Notes: generated by a model not told the origin, from the letters alone. A stretch of DNA of 64,000 nucleotides from Tubulanus polymorphus (GCF_964204645.1 NC_134025.1:17893101-17957100); one strand, 5' to 3'; shown: positions 11,668-23,404, counted from the stretch's first letter. Program-made: numbers and translations.

Positions 11668-13351
11668 ATGGCAGAAGGTGGAGAAGAAATTCCAATGGAT
11701 CCTTTAGATGAACCTGGTATAAGTGCAACCTGATTTTAGTGAAACAAGTTTTAATGACGGTAATGAGCCAGAATATAATACTAATTTAGGTGAAGATGAT
11801 GATTATGATGATGATTATGATGGAATTAATTCCGAATTACGTGAAAAATTAATTAAATATTTACAAGCTCCTGAAAGTGGTAGAATTTCAACTAGAACAG
11901 AAAGAAAAGAATTTATGGAACTATTAGTAGAACAACAAGAAAAATATCCTGATAAACCTATGGAATTATATAAAATGAAATCTAGAGTAACAGATACAAT
12001 TGTTAACGAACTATTACCAAAAGTTGTAATAGATGAAATTGATACTGAAGATGTTGTAGAACAAATTTTTAAAGATGACCCATATTTCACGAATAATTTA
12101 GAATTTAAAAATGATTCATGGTATTATAATCTTGAATTAAATAGGAATACCGTATCAATTCAATTATCTAGAATGGGTCAAGAAAATATTTTTGAACCTG
12201 GAATGCGAGCATTATCTACAATTGAAGGTTCAAAAGGTGGTAGAGAATTTCTCACAATTATATGGAATGCACTCGATAGAATAAATAAAGAAGGATCAAT
12301 TCCTAATATTGATATAAACAAATATTCACCATTTAAAAATCCAAATCCAAATCCTACTGATGTGTATCCAGAAATGGAAGAGTATGGAAATCGATTAGAT
12401 AAATTAAGATCTTCAACGCCCGAAACATCGAGAAGAGATATTCAACAAATTGATGATTATTCAAGTCAATTACCATTAGTATTAGGAAAACAAATTGATA
12501 GATTAAGTGATACAGAAGAACTGATTAATAGTATATCAGATACATCTGGAATAAATCGAATACAATCTTTACTAGAAAAAGGATTACTTGATTTAACTGA
12601 TGAAGAATTAAAACAATTTCCTGAAAAAGCACGTAGAGAAATTAAAGGTATGCAAGAATCAGCTGGTGAAATTGCTAATATTAAGATGAGATTTTCTAAA
12701 ATAACCATGTTAGAAAAAGAATTAGCTAATGCAAATGAAGAATTAAAACAATTAGAATTAAATAAAAATCTTCAGGAAGCTGATTATGAAAGCAGAAAGT
12801 TAGCTTTAGAAAAAAAAATTGATGATTTAGAATATAACAAAGAATTACAGGAAAAAGAAAGAGATATATTACTAAAATCATATGATCTTAATCATATTAA
12901 AAAATTAAAAGTTATTTTTAAAGAGTTAATAATGAAACCAGATTCTAAAATATCATTAAAAGATAGAATAAGATTATTATCTAAGTTAGAAGGAATCACA
13001 ATTCTTTCAATTCTAACAGCTGTAACTATGGTATTCACAACAATAGGTTTAGCAATATCAAATGCTTTGAAATCTACTCCTACTCCCAATAAACCAGATA
13101 AACCCCCGAATGATAATAATTCTATACAAGATAAAGTTAAGGATGGTTTAAAGAAATAAGCAAAATATTTATGGGAACTATCAAAGAAATCTGCTGCAGC
13201 ATTACCAGGAGTTATTGCATCAATTGTTGGTTTTATAATGAAATCTGCAGGAAACATTATTAACTTTGCTGCTGAACATATTATTTTATTTTTAATTACA
13301 GTTGTAAGTGCTATTATTTTTGGTTTAGTAAACGTGATAAAAAATAAATAA
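11668..13351 (+). pseudogene. Large coiled-coil protein with C-terminal membrane anchors
   Basis: Start MAEGGEEIPMD after TAAATG, frameshift near 11720 and lesion at 13157-13159. Heptad-rich region followed by hydrophobic helices ITILSILTAVTMVFTTIGLAI and IILFLITVVSAIIFGLV. Confidence 0.7.
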
Positions 13352-13371
13352 TTAATTTTTTTGTTAAATAA

Positions 13372-14619
13372 ATGAGTGGGAGTTATATCAATCCTTCTAA
13401 GAATCATAGAATATCTAATGCTATTAAAGCAGAAAGATCGCATCATATAATTACTCATAATCCTTCAAATATTAATCCCGATGAAACTTTATATGTTAGA
13501 ATTCCTAGATTAACACAAAATACTTTTTATGTTCCAAATAGTATTTATTTATCAGCCGATATAAAAGTAATTGGTCATGATAATAATTATGTTGTTGATA
13601 ATGTTGGGAGATATTTGATTAAAAAATTAACTATAAAGATTGGTCCAGAAACAGTTTTCTCATTAGATGATTATGATTTATTTATGCATTATAAAGATTT
13701 ATGGTTAACTAAAGCAAATAGAAATAATATGATATTTCAAGGCATCCAATCAGAAAACCAAAATAAATTAAGATCAGAAGCTAATAGCGCAATATTAACT
13801 AATGCTATAGATAAATTGATAAAAAGTATATATGGAAGCAAATATAAAATTCCATTAGACTTTGAATTGATAAATAACAATGCACCTTTATATAAATATG
13901 CAATTCAAGAAGACGTTATATTCGAAATAACATTTGCTCCTGTAAATGAAATTGTATTATCTAGCGTTGTTAAAGATATGAGTTATAAATTATCGAATAT
14001 ATGTTTAGAATATGACACAGTAACTGATGAAAATATTTCAAGTATAATTCAAACTCAATACAATCAAGGATTTTCATTATTATATGATTATATTGATGAA
14101 TTTAAAACTGTAACTATTAATGCAAATGATGAAATTATTAATGAGAATATTAACTTCCCAAGAAGATCTATTAAAGGTATATAATTATTTTTTACCATTG
14201 GAACATATACTAATGGCGCAATAAATGTTGATAATTATTATAATCCTGGAATAACAAAAGTAGAAATAACTATCGAAGGAATAGCAAATAAAATATTTTG
14301 TCAAGGAATGAGAATGATTGGTCAATGGCCAGAAATTAGAAAACATTATATGAATGAAAAAGTAAAATCATCTGAAAATTGTAACATTAATCAAATTGAT
14401 TATTATACCGGTAATAAATATGCATTATGGTTAGATTTTAGAACAACAGAGGATAATTCATTACATGGTTCTGGAAAAAAATTACAAAACACTAAAGATG
14501 GAATACAATTATTCATGACAAAGAAAAAAGGAAGCCTAAATTTCAAAATGCACATTTATATTATATCTGATGCGCAATTAAATATTGTAAATTCTCAATT
14601 AAATAGTGTTATGTATTAA
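13372..14619 (+). pseudogene. Major capsid protein (double jelly roll, ~415 aa), one nonsense codon
   Basis: Size, beta-rich pattern (LYVRIPRL, IKKLTIKIG, NICLEYDTV, ENINFPRRSIKG, ALWLDFR) and position in the morphogenetic module. TAA at 14182-14184 where A2 has TTA; the frame continues to 14619. Confidence 0.8.
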
Positions 14620-14651
14620 AATTTTAACTTTAATAAAAATTTATTATATAA

Positions 14652-14888
14652 ATGCAAGGAGGTAAAGTATATAAACATATTCCATACATCGATACACATG
14701 AAAATAATGATGGTTTATATTATGTAATACCTTGTAATATAGCTTTGATATTTGATCCTATTTCCAAAATTTATAAAACTAAACTAATAGAAATCGATAA
14801 TAATAAAAGTGAAGTTGTTCATAATTTAAGTAATGTAATTGATAATAATGTAATACCTTCTACATCTAATATAGATTATACGTATTAA
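14652..14888 (+). pseudogene. Truncated homolog of the 262-aa Zn-finger protein at 51058-51846
   Basis: First ~73 aa nearly identical to the A2 ORF, then runs into a TACGTATTAAA tandem repeat. Confidence 0.65.
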
Positions 14889-14930
14889 ATACGTATTAAA
14901 TACGTATTAGATACATAGGTATACAAATAG

Positions 14931-15536
14931 TTATTTTATAAATTTATATTCATATGGAAATTGTAATCTCAGTAATAATTTTGAACCTTTATTATTCTTT
15001 AATTTATTCATATATTCATCATGTAATTCAGTAGGTATAATTTGATTTTCTTCTAATGATTGATGCATAGATTTTTTATCTTTGTTATAAAATAAAACTA
15101 GAAATCTTATATTCTCCCTAAAGTCTTTAACAATTGAATTATATTTTTGATTTAAAACCCATGTTGTTATCCCAAAATGTCTTCCTGAGAAAGCTAAATA
15201 ACATAACTCACATAACTTTGAATCTTGTAAATTTGCGCAATCATCTATAATGAATAATGTATTTGATCCTTTATAAGTATCAATTGCTATTTTAATACAA
15301 TTATCTAAATTTTCTTTTACTGTTTTAGGATTTAATATAATAAACTTTTTTATCTTAACTATATCTCTATTATATGTTTTATTCATTTCATAAGTAGGAC
15401 AGAATAATATTATATTATCAAAATGATTCTTATAAATAGTTTCTAACAAGTCTAATATGAAATGTGTTTTACCACAGTTTGTTACACCAGTAACTAACAT
15501 ATTATGCGGTTAGAATATAAATAAATCTTTATTCAT
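14931..15536 (-). pseudogene. A32-like (FtsK/HerA) genome packaging ATPase
   Basis: Walker A GVTNCGKT, Walker B LFIIDD, SGRHFGITTWVLNQKY. An early stop near 15510 is absent from the intact A2 copy. Confidence 0.92.
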
Positions 15537-16618
15537 TTATTCTTTTAATTTTACTAGATAAAATCCATTCATTAAATTTATCATCGTATCCTTTATATTT
15601 CACCAAAGAATACTTTTTTCCTTTAAGAGTTTTTGTTTTCAATACTTTTTCTATTTTGTATTCTATTTCATCTGGATTTGGTACAAGTGATAATTCTTGT
15701 TCATAAAAATAACCTAATATTTCTTCATCTTTTATATCTTCTAGTTTATAAACAATAATTTAGTTAATATTATCTTTTTAATTTTAAATATTTCTTCTGT
15801 AAAATTAGGGGTATAACCTTTATAAAAGGTTTTTCTATATTTAGATATTCTAACGTGCTGTCCAATTTTAAATTTAGGTTCGCCGAAATCATGTGTAACA
15901 AACGCACCATATAAATTATTCCAAACTATTTCCGAATTATCTTCTTTTCTAGCTTGTATAGGTTTCATATTTATAGAACTATGTTTAGAATATTATAACC
16001 TTTCACTAAATCATCTAATACATCGATATATTTATATGTTTCATTAGCAGTAAAATATTTCCACATTCTAGTTTTCAATGTTTTATTAAATCTTTCTGTA
16101 ATAGATGCTTTTTTATCTGAATGTGTTGAAAAATAATCTACATCGTTATCAGATAATAGTTTTTTAAAATGTTTGTTATAAAATTCCTTACCTTCATCAA
16201 ATTGTATCTTATCTGGAATAGCTTCTTTAAATATTGATTTAAAAGCATTTGTAACTTCTATTCCAGTTTTATTTTGGATTGGAATTGACCATGCGTGTCG
16301 ACTGAATATGTCTATAACATTTAATATCCAGAAATATCCTTTGTTGTATTCCTCTAAGTTCTTCATGTCAATTAAATCTGCTTGCCATTGTTGATCGATA
16401 TATGAAACCATAACTTTTCTTGTTAAATAAATTTTATCCATTTTCTTGTGGATTTGATATGTTGGTTGATTTTGTAACCATGATTTTAATTCACTAGATT
16501 TTATATTACCATTTTCAATATCAGATTTAATTTTATTCCATAATTCTGAAACGTTAGAATATGATACTTCACTTTCTGGGTTATAATATAACTCTCTTAA
16601 ATATTGTTCTTTTTTCAT
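15529..16618 (-). pseudogene. int: Retroviral-type (rve) integrase with C-terminal chromodomain, frameshifted
   Basis: WQADLIDM, VIDIFSR, IQFDEGKEF, ERFNKTLK, FKIGQHVRIS, and chromodomain EYKIEKVLK...LVKYKGYDDKFNEWI. Frameshifts near 15990 and 15755. Confidence 0.93.
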
Positions 16619-16624
16619 CTTATT

Positions 16625-17000
16625 TTAATCCATTAATAATAATTTAGATTTAGTTTCAATGGCTTTATGATTTGACTTATTTTCTGGTATGATAGGTTTA
16701 TTGTCATTGGAATCATCTTTATCATCAGATTTGAATTTTGATTTATATATTACACCAGATAATATAAGAACTGTTACTAATCCAATTGTAATATATAATT
16801 TATAATTACTTCCAGCATTAGAAGAATCAGATGGATTATTATTTGAATTAATATCAGATGAAGTCTGTGACTCATTTATTTCAGTTAATTTCTTTTTCTT
16901 AGCTTTTTTTAATTCTGAAGAATCTTTTACCTAATTCTCTTGCCCATTTAATTTGTTTCTCGGATCTAGCCTTTTTCTTAACTCCATCACTCTACTCATT
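16625..17000 (-). pseudogene. Small basic protein with C-terminal TM helix (disrupted)
   Basis: Hand translation KKKARSEKQIKWARELGKR...YITIGLVTVLILSGVIY; homologous at ~53990-54345. Confidence 0.55.
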
Positions 17001-17008
17001 TATTTTAG

Positions 17009-17605
17009 TTAATTTTTGTTCTGATTCATTTTCTGTTTCGCCGTTTGGTTGTCGTGCGGCGCCATCTGTTTCGTTCTTACCTGATTTATATTTATATTCC
17101 GAGGTTTGATATTCGAAAATGTTATGACACCAGTAGAAATAAATGTCGTAACCGATCCTAATTGAAATGAAGCATAACCAACCCATTTTTGTAATTCAGT
17201 CATAACTAAATAGTCATTTTTCAAATCACTATATAATTTATTTTCATCATCAATTGGCATTAACTGGTTACATAACTTAGAATAACATTTGACAATACCA
17301 TCTGAAATAGAATCATTTATTCTAGCTAATCTAGCTTCTTCATAAATCTTAAAATATTTTATTACTTTATCTGGTTTCATAGCATCTAATTCTTGAAATG
17401 TAATTATTTTCCCGATAAACTGATTACATTTCCCGCCAGCAATTAATAATTCTAGATGATGCTTACAATATAAATAGTATTCATAATCTTTATTACAATT
17501 AACTTGAGCACAATTAGTTACAACTGTATCTTTATTATCACTTATACCCAAATCATCTAATGTCTTTTCAATATCAATACTTTTCTTATTAGATTTCTTT
17601 GACAT
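17009..17605 (-). CDS. Hypothetical Polinton protein
   Basis: 198-aa ORF preceded by TAAATG; homolog at 54345-54946. Confidence 0.65.
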   Translation of the reverse strand: MSKKSNKKSIDIEKTLDDLGISDNKDTVVTNCAQVNCNKDYEYYLYCKHHLELLIAGGKCNQFIGKIITFQELDAMKPDKVIKYFKIYEEARLARINDSISDGIVKCYSKLCNQLMPIDDENKLYSDLKNDYLVMTELQKWVGYASFQLGSVTTFISTGVITFSNIKPRNININQVRTKQMAPHDNQTAKQKMNQNKN

Positions 17606-17853
17606 TTATATTAGAGAAAAAAAGCAAAAAAAATATTATAAGTATTCTTCAAATGATGCCAGTATCTCTTTAGATTAATACTAGCTTAGTTAAAGGTAAA
17701 GAATTTTAGTATTAGTTATTGTTTTTTAGTATTTTTTATTTGCGATATAAAGTATTCTTTTTTTAAAAAGAAAATATTAAAAATATAATAGAATTCACTA
17801 GCTAAGTGAAGTTATTGTTTTTTTAATATTTTTTATTTAAAATCTATTATTCT

Positions 17854-18521
17854 TTAACCACTAATTAAAGACTCAACGTATTGTTCATTATTTGGATCAT
17901 TGTTCCATTGATCAATAAATTTCTTTGCCTTTGTTAACTGTTCTAAATATTACTGTAAATCTAGTTTATTAGATTTAATTATGTTTTCCTTCTTTTCTAA
18001 AGGTCTTAGATTCTTCCAATTCCAAATAAGTTTTTTATTGTATTCATCATTCATGTCAAATTTAGAAATCGTAACGTATGATCAATATGAAAGTATTCAC
18101 CATAATTATTTATATTCATTTTATCATCGAATTGAAATATAATCCATGATTTGAGAAATTCATCTGAACAACCCAATAAATTAGATAGTGTTTCTGAATG
18201 TGTTTCTTTGTTGAATAATTGTGTTAATCTAGTCCTTAAGCATTGTTTCAATCTAAAATTAAGATCTGTTTGATATCTTACTCTCATATATTCTGCCATA
18301 TAATAATTATAATGTTCTATATTATCTTCTCGATATTGTTTGGTATATAGTTTAGTGCAAGTTTTACAGCAATATTGAAAACCATCTTTGCTAATCTTAC
18401 GCTTATTAAATTCTATTATAGCTAATTTATCTATATCACATTTAGAACACTTCTTGTAGTATATGTTTATGACACCAGTGTTATTTGTAATATTGATAGT
18501 TTGTGGTTGTTCTGATTGCAT
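17854..18521 (-). pseudogene. HNH endonuclease with N-terminal Cys cluster (NCLDV-like), frameshifted
   Basis: CSKC...SKDGFQYCCKTC and FHIDH motifs; intact homolog at 55194-55853. Confidence 0.8.
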
Positions 18522-18543
18522 TTATTATACATATTTTTTTACT

Positions 18544-19047
18544 AAATTGATTTTAGAAGTTCAATGATTTATATCATGTATTATTTCAATCACACTTTAC
18601 TAACACTTTTAATGTTTAAAAATCTAACTCACACAAATATGAATATTGAAATAATGTTGTAAATATATACTTTTATATTGAATAATCTATCAATTTAAAT
18701 GTTATTCATTTACAAGAATATTTTAAGAGTAATAGGGGTAATAGGCTTTCAGGTTAAAGGTTGAATGGTCGAGTTCATTAAAAACAAATATTAAAAGTAA
18801 TTTAAAACTATAATATATTTTCATAACCGTGTGTATTTCAGTTTAATAATAGAATAATTATTATTATTAAAATATATTTGATTATACGCTTTTTAAATTA
18901 TTGATATCTTAGAATAAATATTTAGTTATAATATAAAATACACACGGTTATGAAAACATATTATAGTTTTAAATTACTTTTAATATTTGTTTTTTAATGA
19001 GCTCGACCGTTCGACCTTTGGCCTGAAAGCCTATTACCCCTATTACT
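18544..19047 (-). repeat. Right TIR of Polinton A1
   Basis: Reverse complement of 4164-4666; the terminal 320 bp (18728-19047) are self-complementary. Confidence 0.95.
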
Positions 19048-19248
19048 AATGTAGACAACCCATTGACATGATTCATTTCACTTCATCGAACAATACACAA
19101 TACACAATTGCCATTCAACAACAATAAAAAGGGAGCCGAGTTTATTGTCACCTAGTTCCTTTCTTGTTGCTTATGTCATTGTTCAAAATGACAATACATG
19201 TACTTTAGCCTATATCAAACGTTTTATTGAATTAAAACCTAAAATTAC

Positions 19249-19438
19249 CTTCAAGTGAAGTAGATAAGTAATCGACTTTTTCAAAATGCTCTCCACAAAC
19301 AGTTGACCAACGTGAAGGCGACCAATTATGTTCCCCTCGCTTCACTGCCTGTGTCCATTTATTTCTCATAGTTTCGTCTCGCGGAAATAAATGTCCACCC
19401 TTATTTGAGCACAGTGGTACACAGCATTGGCCTGGCAT
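19249..19438 (-). CDS. ISL2EU transposase exon 1 (THAP zinc finger)
   Basis: MPGQCCVPLCSN...HLFPRD...KW...VCGEHF; donor GAAG|GTAATT. The domain completes in exon 2 on the far side of the Polinton. Confidence 0.9.
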
Positions 19439-19784
19439 AACTGGGTCGTATAACTGTTTTCTGTAGTAACTTCCGGGTTAGGCTGTCCGACTGTTGAGCG
19501 CGCCATCTATTGAGATACGTGGTGCATCGTAGTCCTCATTGGCTGCGGGAGATCAGCCAACTGCGGGGAGCATTTATTTTACAATAATTTCACTATCTAC
19601 AACGGCCTTCTAGCCGTTTTATGAAACAAAATGCTCCTGGAAATTTCTTTAAAAATCGCTACAAATTCGCCGATTTCTCTGAAATGAACGCGATATTGAA
19701 AATTCCATTTCCAACAGATTTTAGCCGCATGATCAAGCTACATTTTGCACATAAAGATAGTAGCAAGCATGACTTCGTGTCTAA

Positions 19785-20766
19785 GTTCCTAAAATCCAAA
19801 TTATTTCATATTTCTGTTGTTCTTTACTTGGGGTATAATAATCTGATAATTTAGGTTTGTATAGATGTAATTTTTCTTTATTGGTTACCGCGTTATATAA
19901 ACTCATTGCATCATCGACTGATTGAAAATCTCTATGTGAAATCTTCTGATCATATAATTCTTTATTGATGTAATCCATATAGTTTTGTCTCTTTTCTCTG
20001 TATTCTTCTGCAGCTTTATTATATTTTTCTAATGCTAAGTTATGTCTTTTTTGTTCTGATAATGAACCATTTTTATCAATATGCTTAAATAAATAACCAC
20101 CACCAGTAAATGCTAAAGCGTTAACAATTGCCGATCCTATAATAGTTATAATTGCAGAAGCCATTTATTTAGTAAAATAATTACGCATTTATAAAGGAGG
20201 AATATATTTTTGTTCTTCCAAATAATCAATAGTTAAATTAGATAAAGTAACTGCTAATGTTAATTTTAAAATATCATTTATATCAAATCTCTCAACATTA
20301 ACAATTCCCATTTTAAATACTTTTTTTAGATAAAATTGAATAACCAACAGTTCCAACTGATAGTAAGGCTCCATTATATAATCCAGTTATTATCCACTTA
20401 TTATCACTCATTTATTAATCAAAAAAATTACTATCTTCAAAATATTTAGTTATCTTAGTGATGATTATTTCCACATTTATAGTATTATTAGTTTCATTTG
20501 TATATATTTCAATTATTATTTTTTTAATATCATCGATGATAAAATTTTCATCTAATTCATAAAATCTTAAAGATTCTCTAATTAAATTAGTAATCTTTTC
20601 TACATTTAAACTTTCTTTACCTATTGTTGTTTCATACTCAAATGTAGTTTCATTAGAAAATGTAATATTTTTAATATGTGTATTTACATCAGTAATGTTA
20701 AATTTCATTTTTATCACGTTTAAAATCAAATCCAAAACAAATACTTGGTCCAACAGTTATATTCAT
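19785..20766 (-). pseudogene. Small structural-module genes of B-minus (homologs of 9861-10739)
   Basis: ORFs starting at 20766, 20411 and 20164, each preceded by TAAATG; high identity to the A1/A2 proteins. Confidence 0.8.
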
Positions 20767-20782
20767 TTATATATCAAAAAAT

Positions 20783-21570
20783 CTACTCTTTACATCTTAT
20801 AACTAATTCATAAATTACAGGAAAGTTATTCAAATCAATTAAATATCCATTGTGATTTCTTACTTCTAATTTAAAATTATTGAAATGTGAAATACAAGGT
20901 TTCAAATCACATTCTGTTAAATTATAATTTATTTGCGTTCCAAATTGTTTAACATTTTTTAATGGTAAAATATTTAATATACTAGAATTACAAGTTATAT
21001 CTTTCGTTGCTTCAAATGTCTTTGTAGGATCAAATGAATTGCAATAAATATAAAAGTGTGTAAAAGGCATTAAATTTGATCTACCTTCTATGTTTGCTCT
21101 AACAATCATTTTATCTGGAGGAATTCCTAACAGTTTAGCTAAGGGTTTTTTTTAACCCCGAAAGCATATTTTTTTAATCCCTAAATCATTTTTAATTTCA
21201 TCATTTAACTTTATTTTAATTTTATTAGAACTCTCACTTTTTATGAATCTAATATTAAATTTAGAATCACCTCTAATTTGTATTCGTGCTTTTCTATTAA
21301 TTTCTTGAGCTAATGTTTCTAAATTATATAATCCTGGTGTTAGCATAAGATGAACCCATTTATGATAACTTTAAAAAAAATTAAAAAGGCTCTATGTTCA
21401 TCAGTTTTATCTGATACATTATAAAAAGAGTTACATAAACTTATATTTACTAATTTCAAATCTACACAATTCTTAAATTCTCTATCTAATTTTACTAATA
21501 AATTATGTGATTTATAATTTGTAAGTCTTCTAGAATCAACAAATATTCTGTATTCTTTTAAATCTACCAT
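20783..21570 (-). pseudogene. Minor capsid protein (penton), frameshifted
   Basis: Three consecutive ORF fragments from MVDLKEYRIFVDSRR to NGYLIDLNNFPVIYELVIRCKE. Confidence 0.75.
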
Positions 21571-21638
21571 TATTTATAACATAAAAAAATTACTGCTCAT
21601 CACTAAAAATTAATTTTAATAAAATTTTTCCTAAATAA

Positions 21639-22931
21639 ATGGATGAGAAGATAGGATGTGAAATTTGTGGTGAACTTCTAAGAAAAAGTAATATGGCTCG
21701 ACATATGAAAAAACACGATAAAAATTATAAACCCCCTAAACTAAACTGCCCAAATTGTAATAAATTATTCTCAAGAAATTATGTTAAAAAACATTCCGAG
21801 AAGTGTAAAATTAATGACACAACGGTTGATAGTAACGAAAGTAATAGTAATTCTGTTCAAACTGAACCTGAAATTATTTGGAAAAGACCTTTCTTATTCT
21901 ATGATAAGGATGATATAAAAGATCATTTCTGTGAGCATTGTCGAATAAAATATTGCCCTGAAAATATAGAAGATTGGGAGAATCATCAATTTCGTAAACT
22001 ACATATAGATAAAATTTCTAATAAATTTGAAACAGAATTCAATGAAAGAAAAAATAGTTTATTAGAAAAAATAAAATATGAGAAAACGTTACCAGATAAT
22101 AAAGAAACAGTTGAAAAGTTAGATAAACAATATAATGAATTAGTAAGAAAAACATATTATTGTAAATATTGTAAATTGATTATTACAACAAGTAATTTAA
22201 ATCTACATAATAGAACAATAAAACATAAAGAAAACGTAAGAAAATACCAAGAGCTTAATGAAGATATATTACCAAGCTATGATAGACCAAAATGCCCACA
22301 ATGTATTTATAGGTATTTAATTCAACAAGGTCCTGTGATATTTTGTAATGAATGTGGATGGCAAAAGAATTTATGGGGTGATGAAAATTAGAGATATTCT
22401 TATAGAACCAAAATTAAAATATCTAGATGAAATATTTAATATATTTCCTATGGAAGATCATACACCAGAATATAAGCAATGGCTTGAAAAAATGAAAATG
22501 ATAGAAAATAAAAATGTTGAAATAACTAAAAAAGATATTATAAAAACAATTATTCCGTCAACATTTAACACACAAGAAAAGAAAATGTATTTATATCTAT
22601 TATTTAACGATTATTATAAAAAACCTAAATTAACAGAAGAAGATATGGAAAATATAAAAGAAACATTCACAAACATATTAAAATATTATGTGGATTATAG
22701 AATAACAGATTCAATTAATTATGAATTCTTTTTAAATAAGATTGTAAATTTTTCAAACATCGATATTATAATTCCATTTGATGAATTAACGAACAAAAAG
22801 AAACAAAGAGAGCGAGATGAAATGTGGCACAATATAGAACTTTGAATGAGAAAAATGAAATGAAAGAACCTAAACAAATCATACAAAAACAATTAAATGA
22901 AAAAGAAGAAACCAGTAGTGATTTCGAGTTT
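21639..22931 (+). pseudogene. Multi-zinc-finger protein of subfamily B (frameshifted)
   Basis: CEIC..RHMKKH, CPNC..KHSEKC, CEHC..H..H, CKYC..HNRTIKH, CPQC..CNEC. Continues in the 22348-22845 frame; homolog at 25790-27117. Confidence 0.75.
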
Positions 22932-22948
22932 GATGATATTGATCCATT

Positions 22949-23404
22949 TTAATAACCATAAGGTAATGTTTTTATACCATCATCTAAAATATGCCTTTTA
23001 TCATCAAATGGATTCAAACTAGTTTTTTCAACTTCATTAATGTACATATCGTGATCTTCTGATCTTGAACAATTCATTTTATGTTTCATTACAAATGAGT
23101 TATATAAACACTTTATATAATCTTGAAATTCTATATGTTTATCAACCACATGTTTTGTTATTCCTTTTAACTTTTTAGCTTCATGATCTTTTGTTCTATA
23201 ACTATACATTTTACTTCTTATCCCAACAAATTCAATCATTTCATCACCCCCTAGTTCATCTTTAAATTTACCAGGAATCTTTTTATTATCATTGCTAAAT
23301 AGTTCATGATCTTTGGGATAATAGCTAAAATCAAAATGATGTTTTAATGTTTTTAAGTCTTTTGTTATATCATTTGTCTTGATTTTTAGTATGTAACTGT
23401 CGGT
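22949..23404 (-). pseudogene. polB: pPolB C-terminal part (C-extein) of B-minus
   Basis: TDSYILKIKT...PGKFKDELGG...GIRSKMYSY...KKLKGITK...LNPFDDKR. Confidence 0.9.

Larger units (their letters stand above)
4164..19047 (+). mobile_element. Polinton/Maverick-type endogenous virus, complete copy A1 (14,884 bp)
   Basis: Termini AGTAATAG...CTATTACT, 6-bp TSD AATGTA (4158-4163, 19048-19053), ~500-bp TIRs. Contains pPolB, retroviral-type integrase, A32-like ATPase and major and minor capsid genes. Confidence 0.97.
320..19537 (-). mobile_element. ISL2EU-type (PIF/Harbinger superfamily) DNA transposon, interrupted by a Polinton
   Basis: Short TIRs GAGGACTCTACGAT (320-333) and ATCGTAGTCCTC (19526-19537), flanked by AT on both sides (318-319, 19538-19539), the 2-bp TSD described for ISL2EU. 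Encodes convergent YqaJ exonuclease and THAP+DDE_Tnp_4 transposase genes, the ISL2EU gene pair. Confidence 0.85.

Noticed and set aside
11815-13458. Antisense ORFs (11815, 12466, 12892; likewise 3327, 3476, 26498, 38026, 49197, 51369)
   Set aside because: Shadow frames of real genes on the opposite strand.
16873-16878. Additional TAAATG gene start
   Set aside because: Lies inside the reading frame KKLTEINESQ of the small TM gene, so it was not counted as a promoter.
4689-18521. Bacterial prophage, plasmid or contaminant
   Set aside because: Integrated with a 6-bp TSD into a spliceosomal intron and surrounded by animal TEs; the gene set is Polinton-type.
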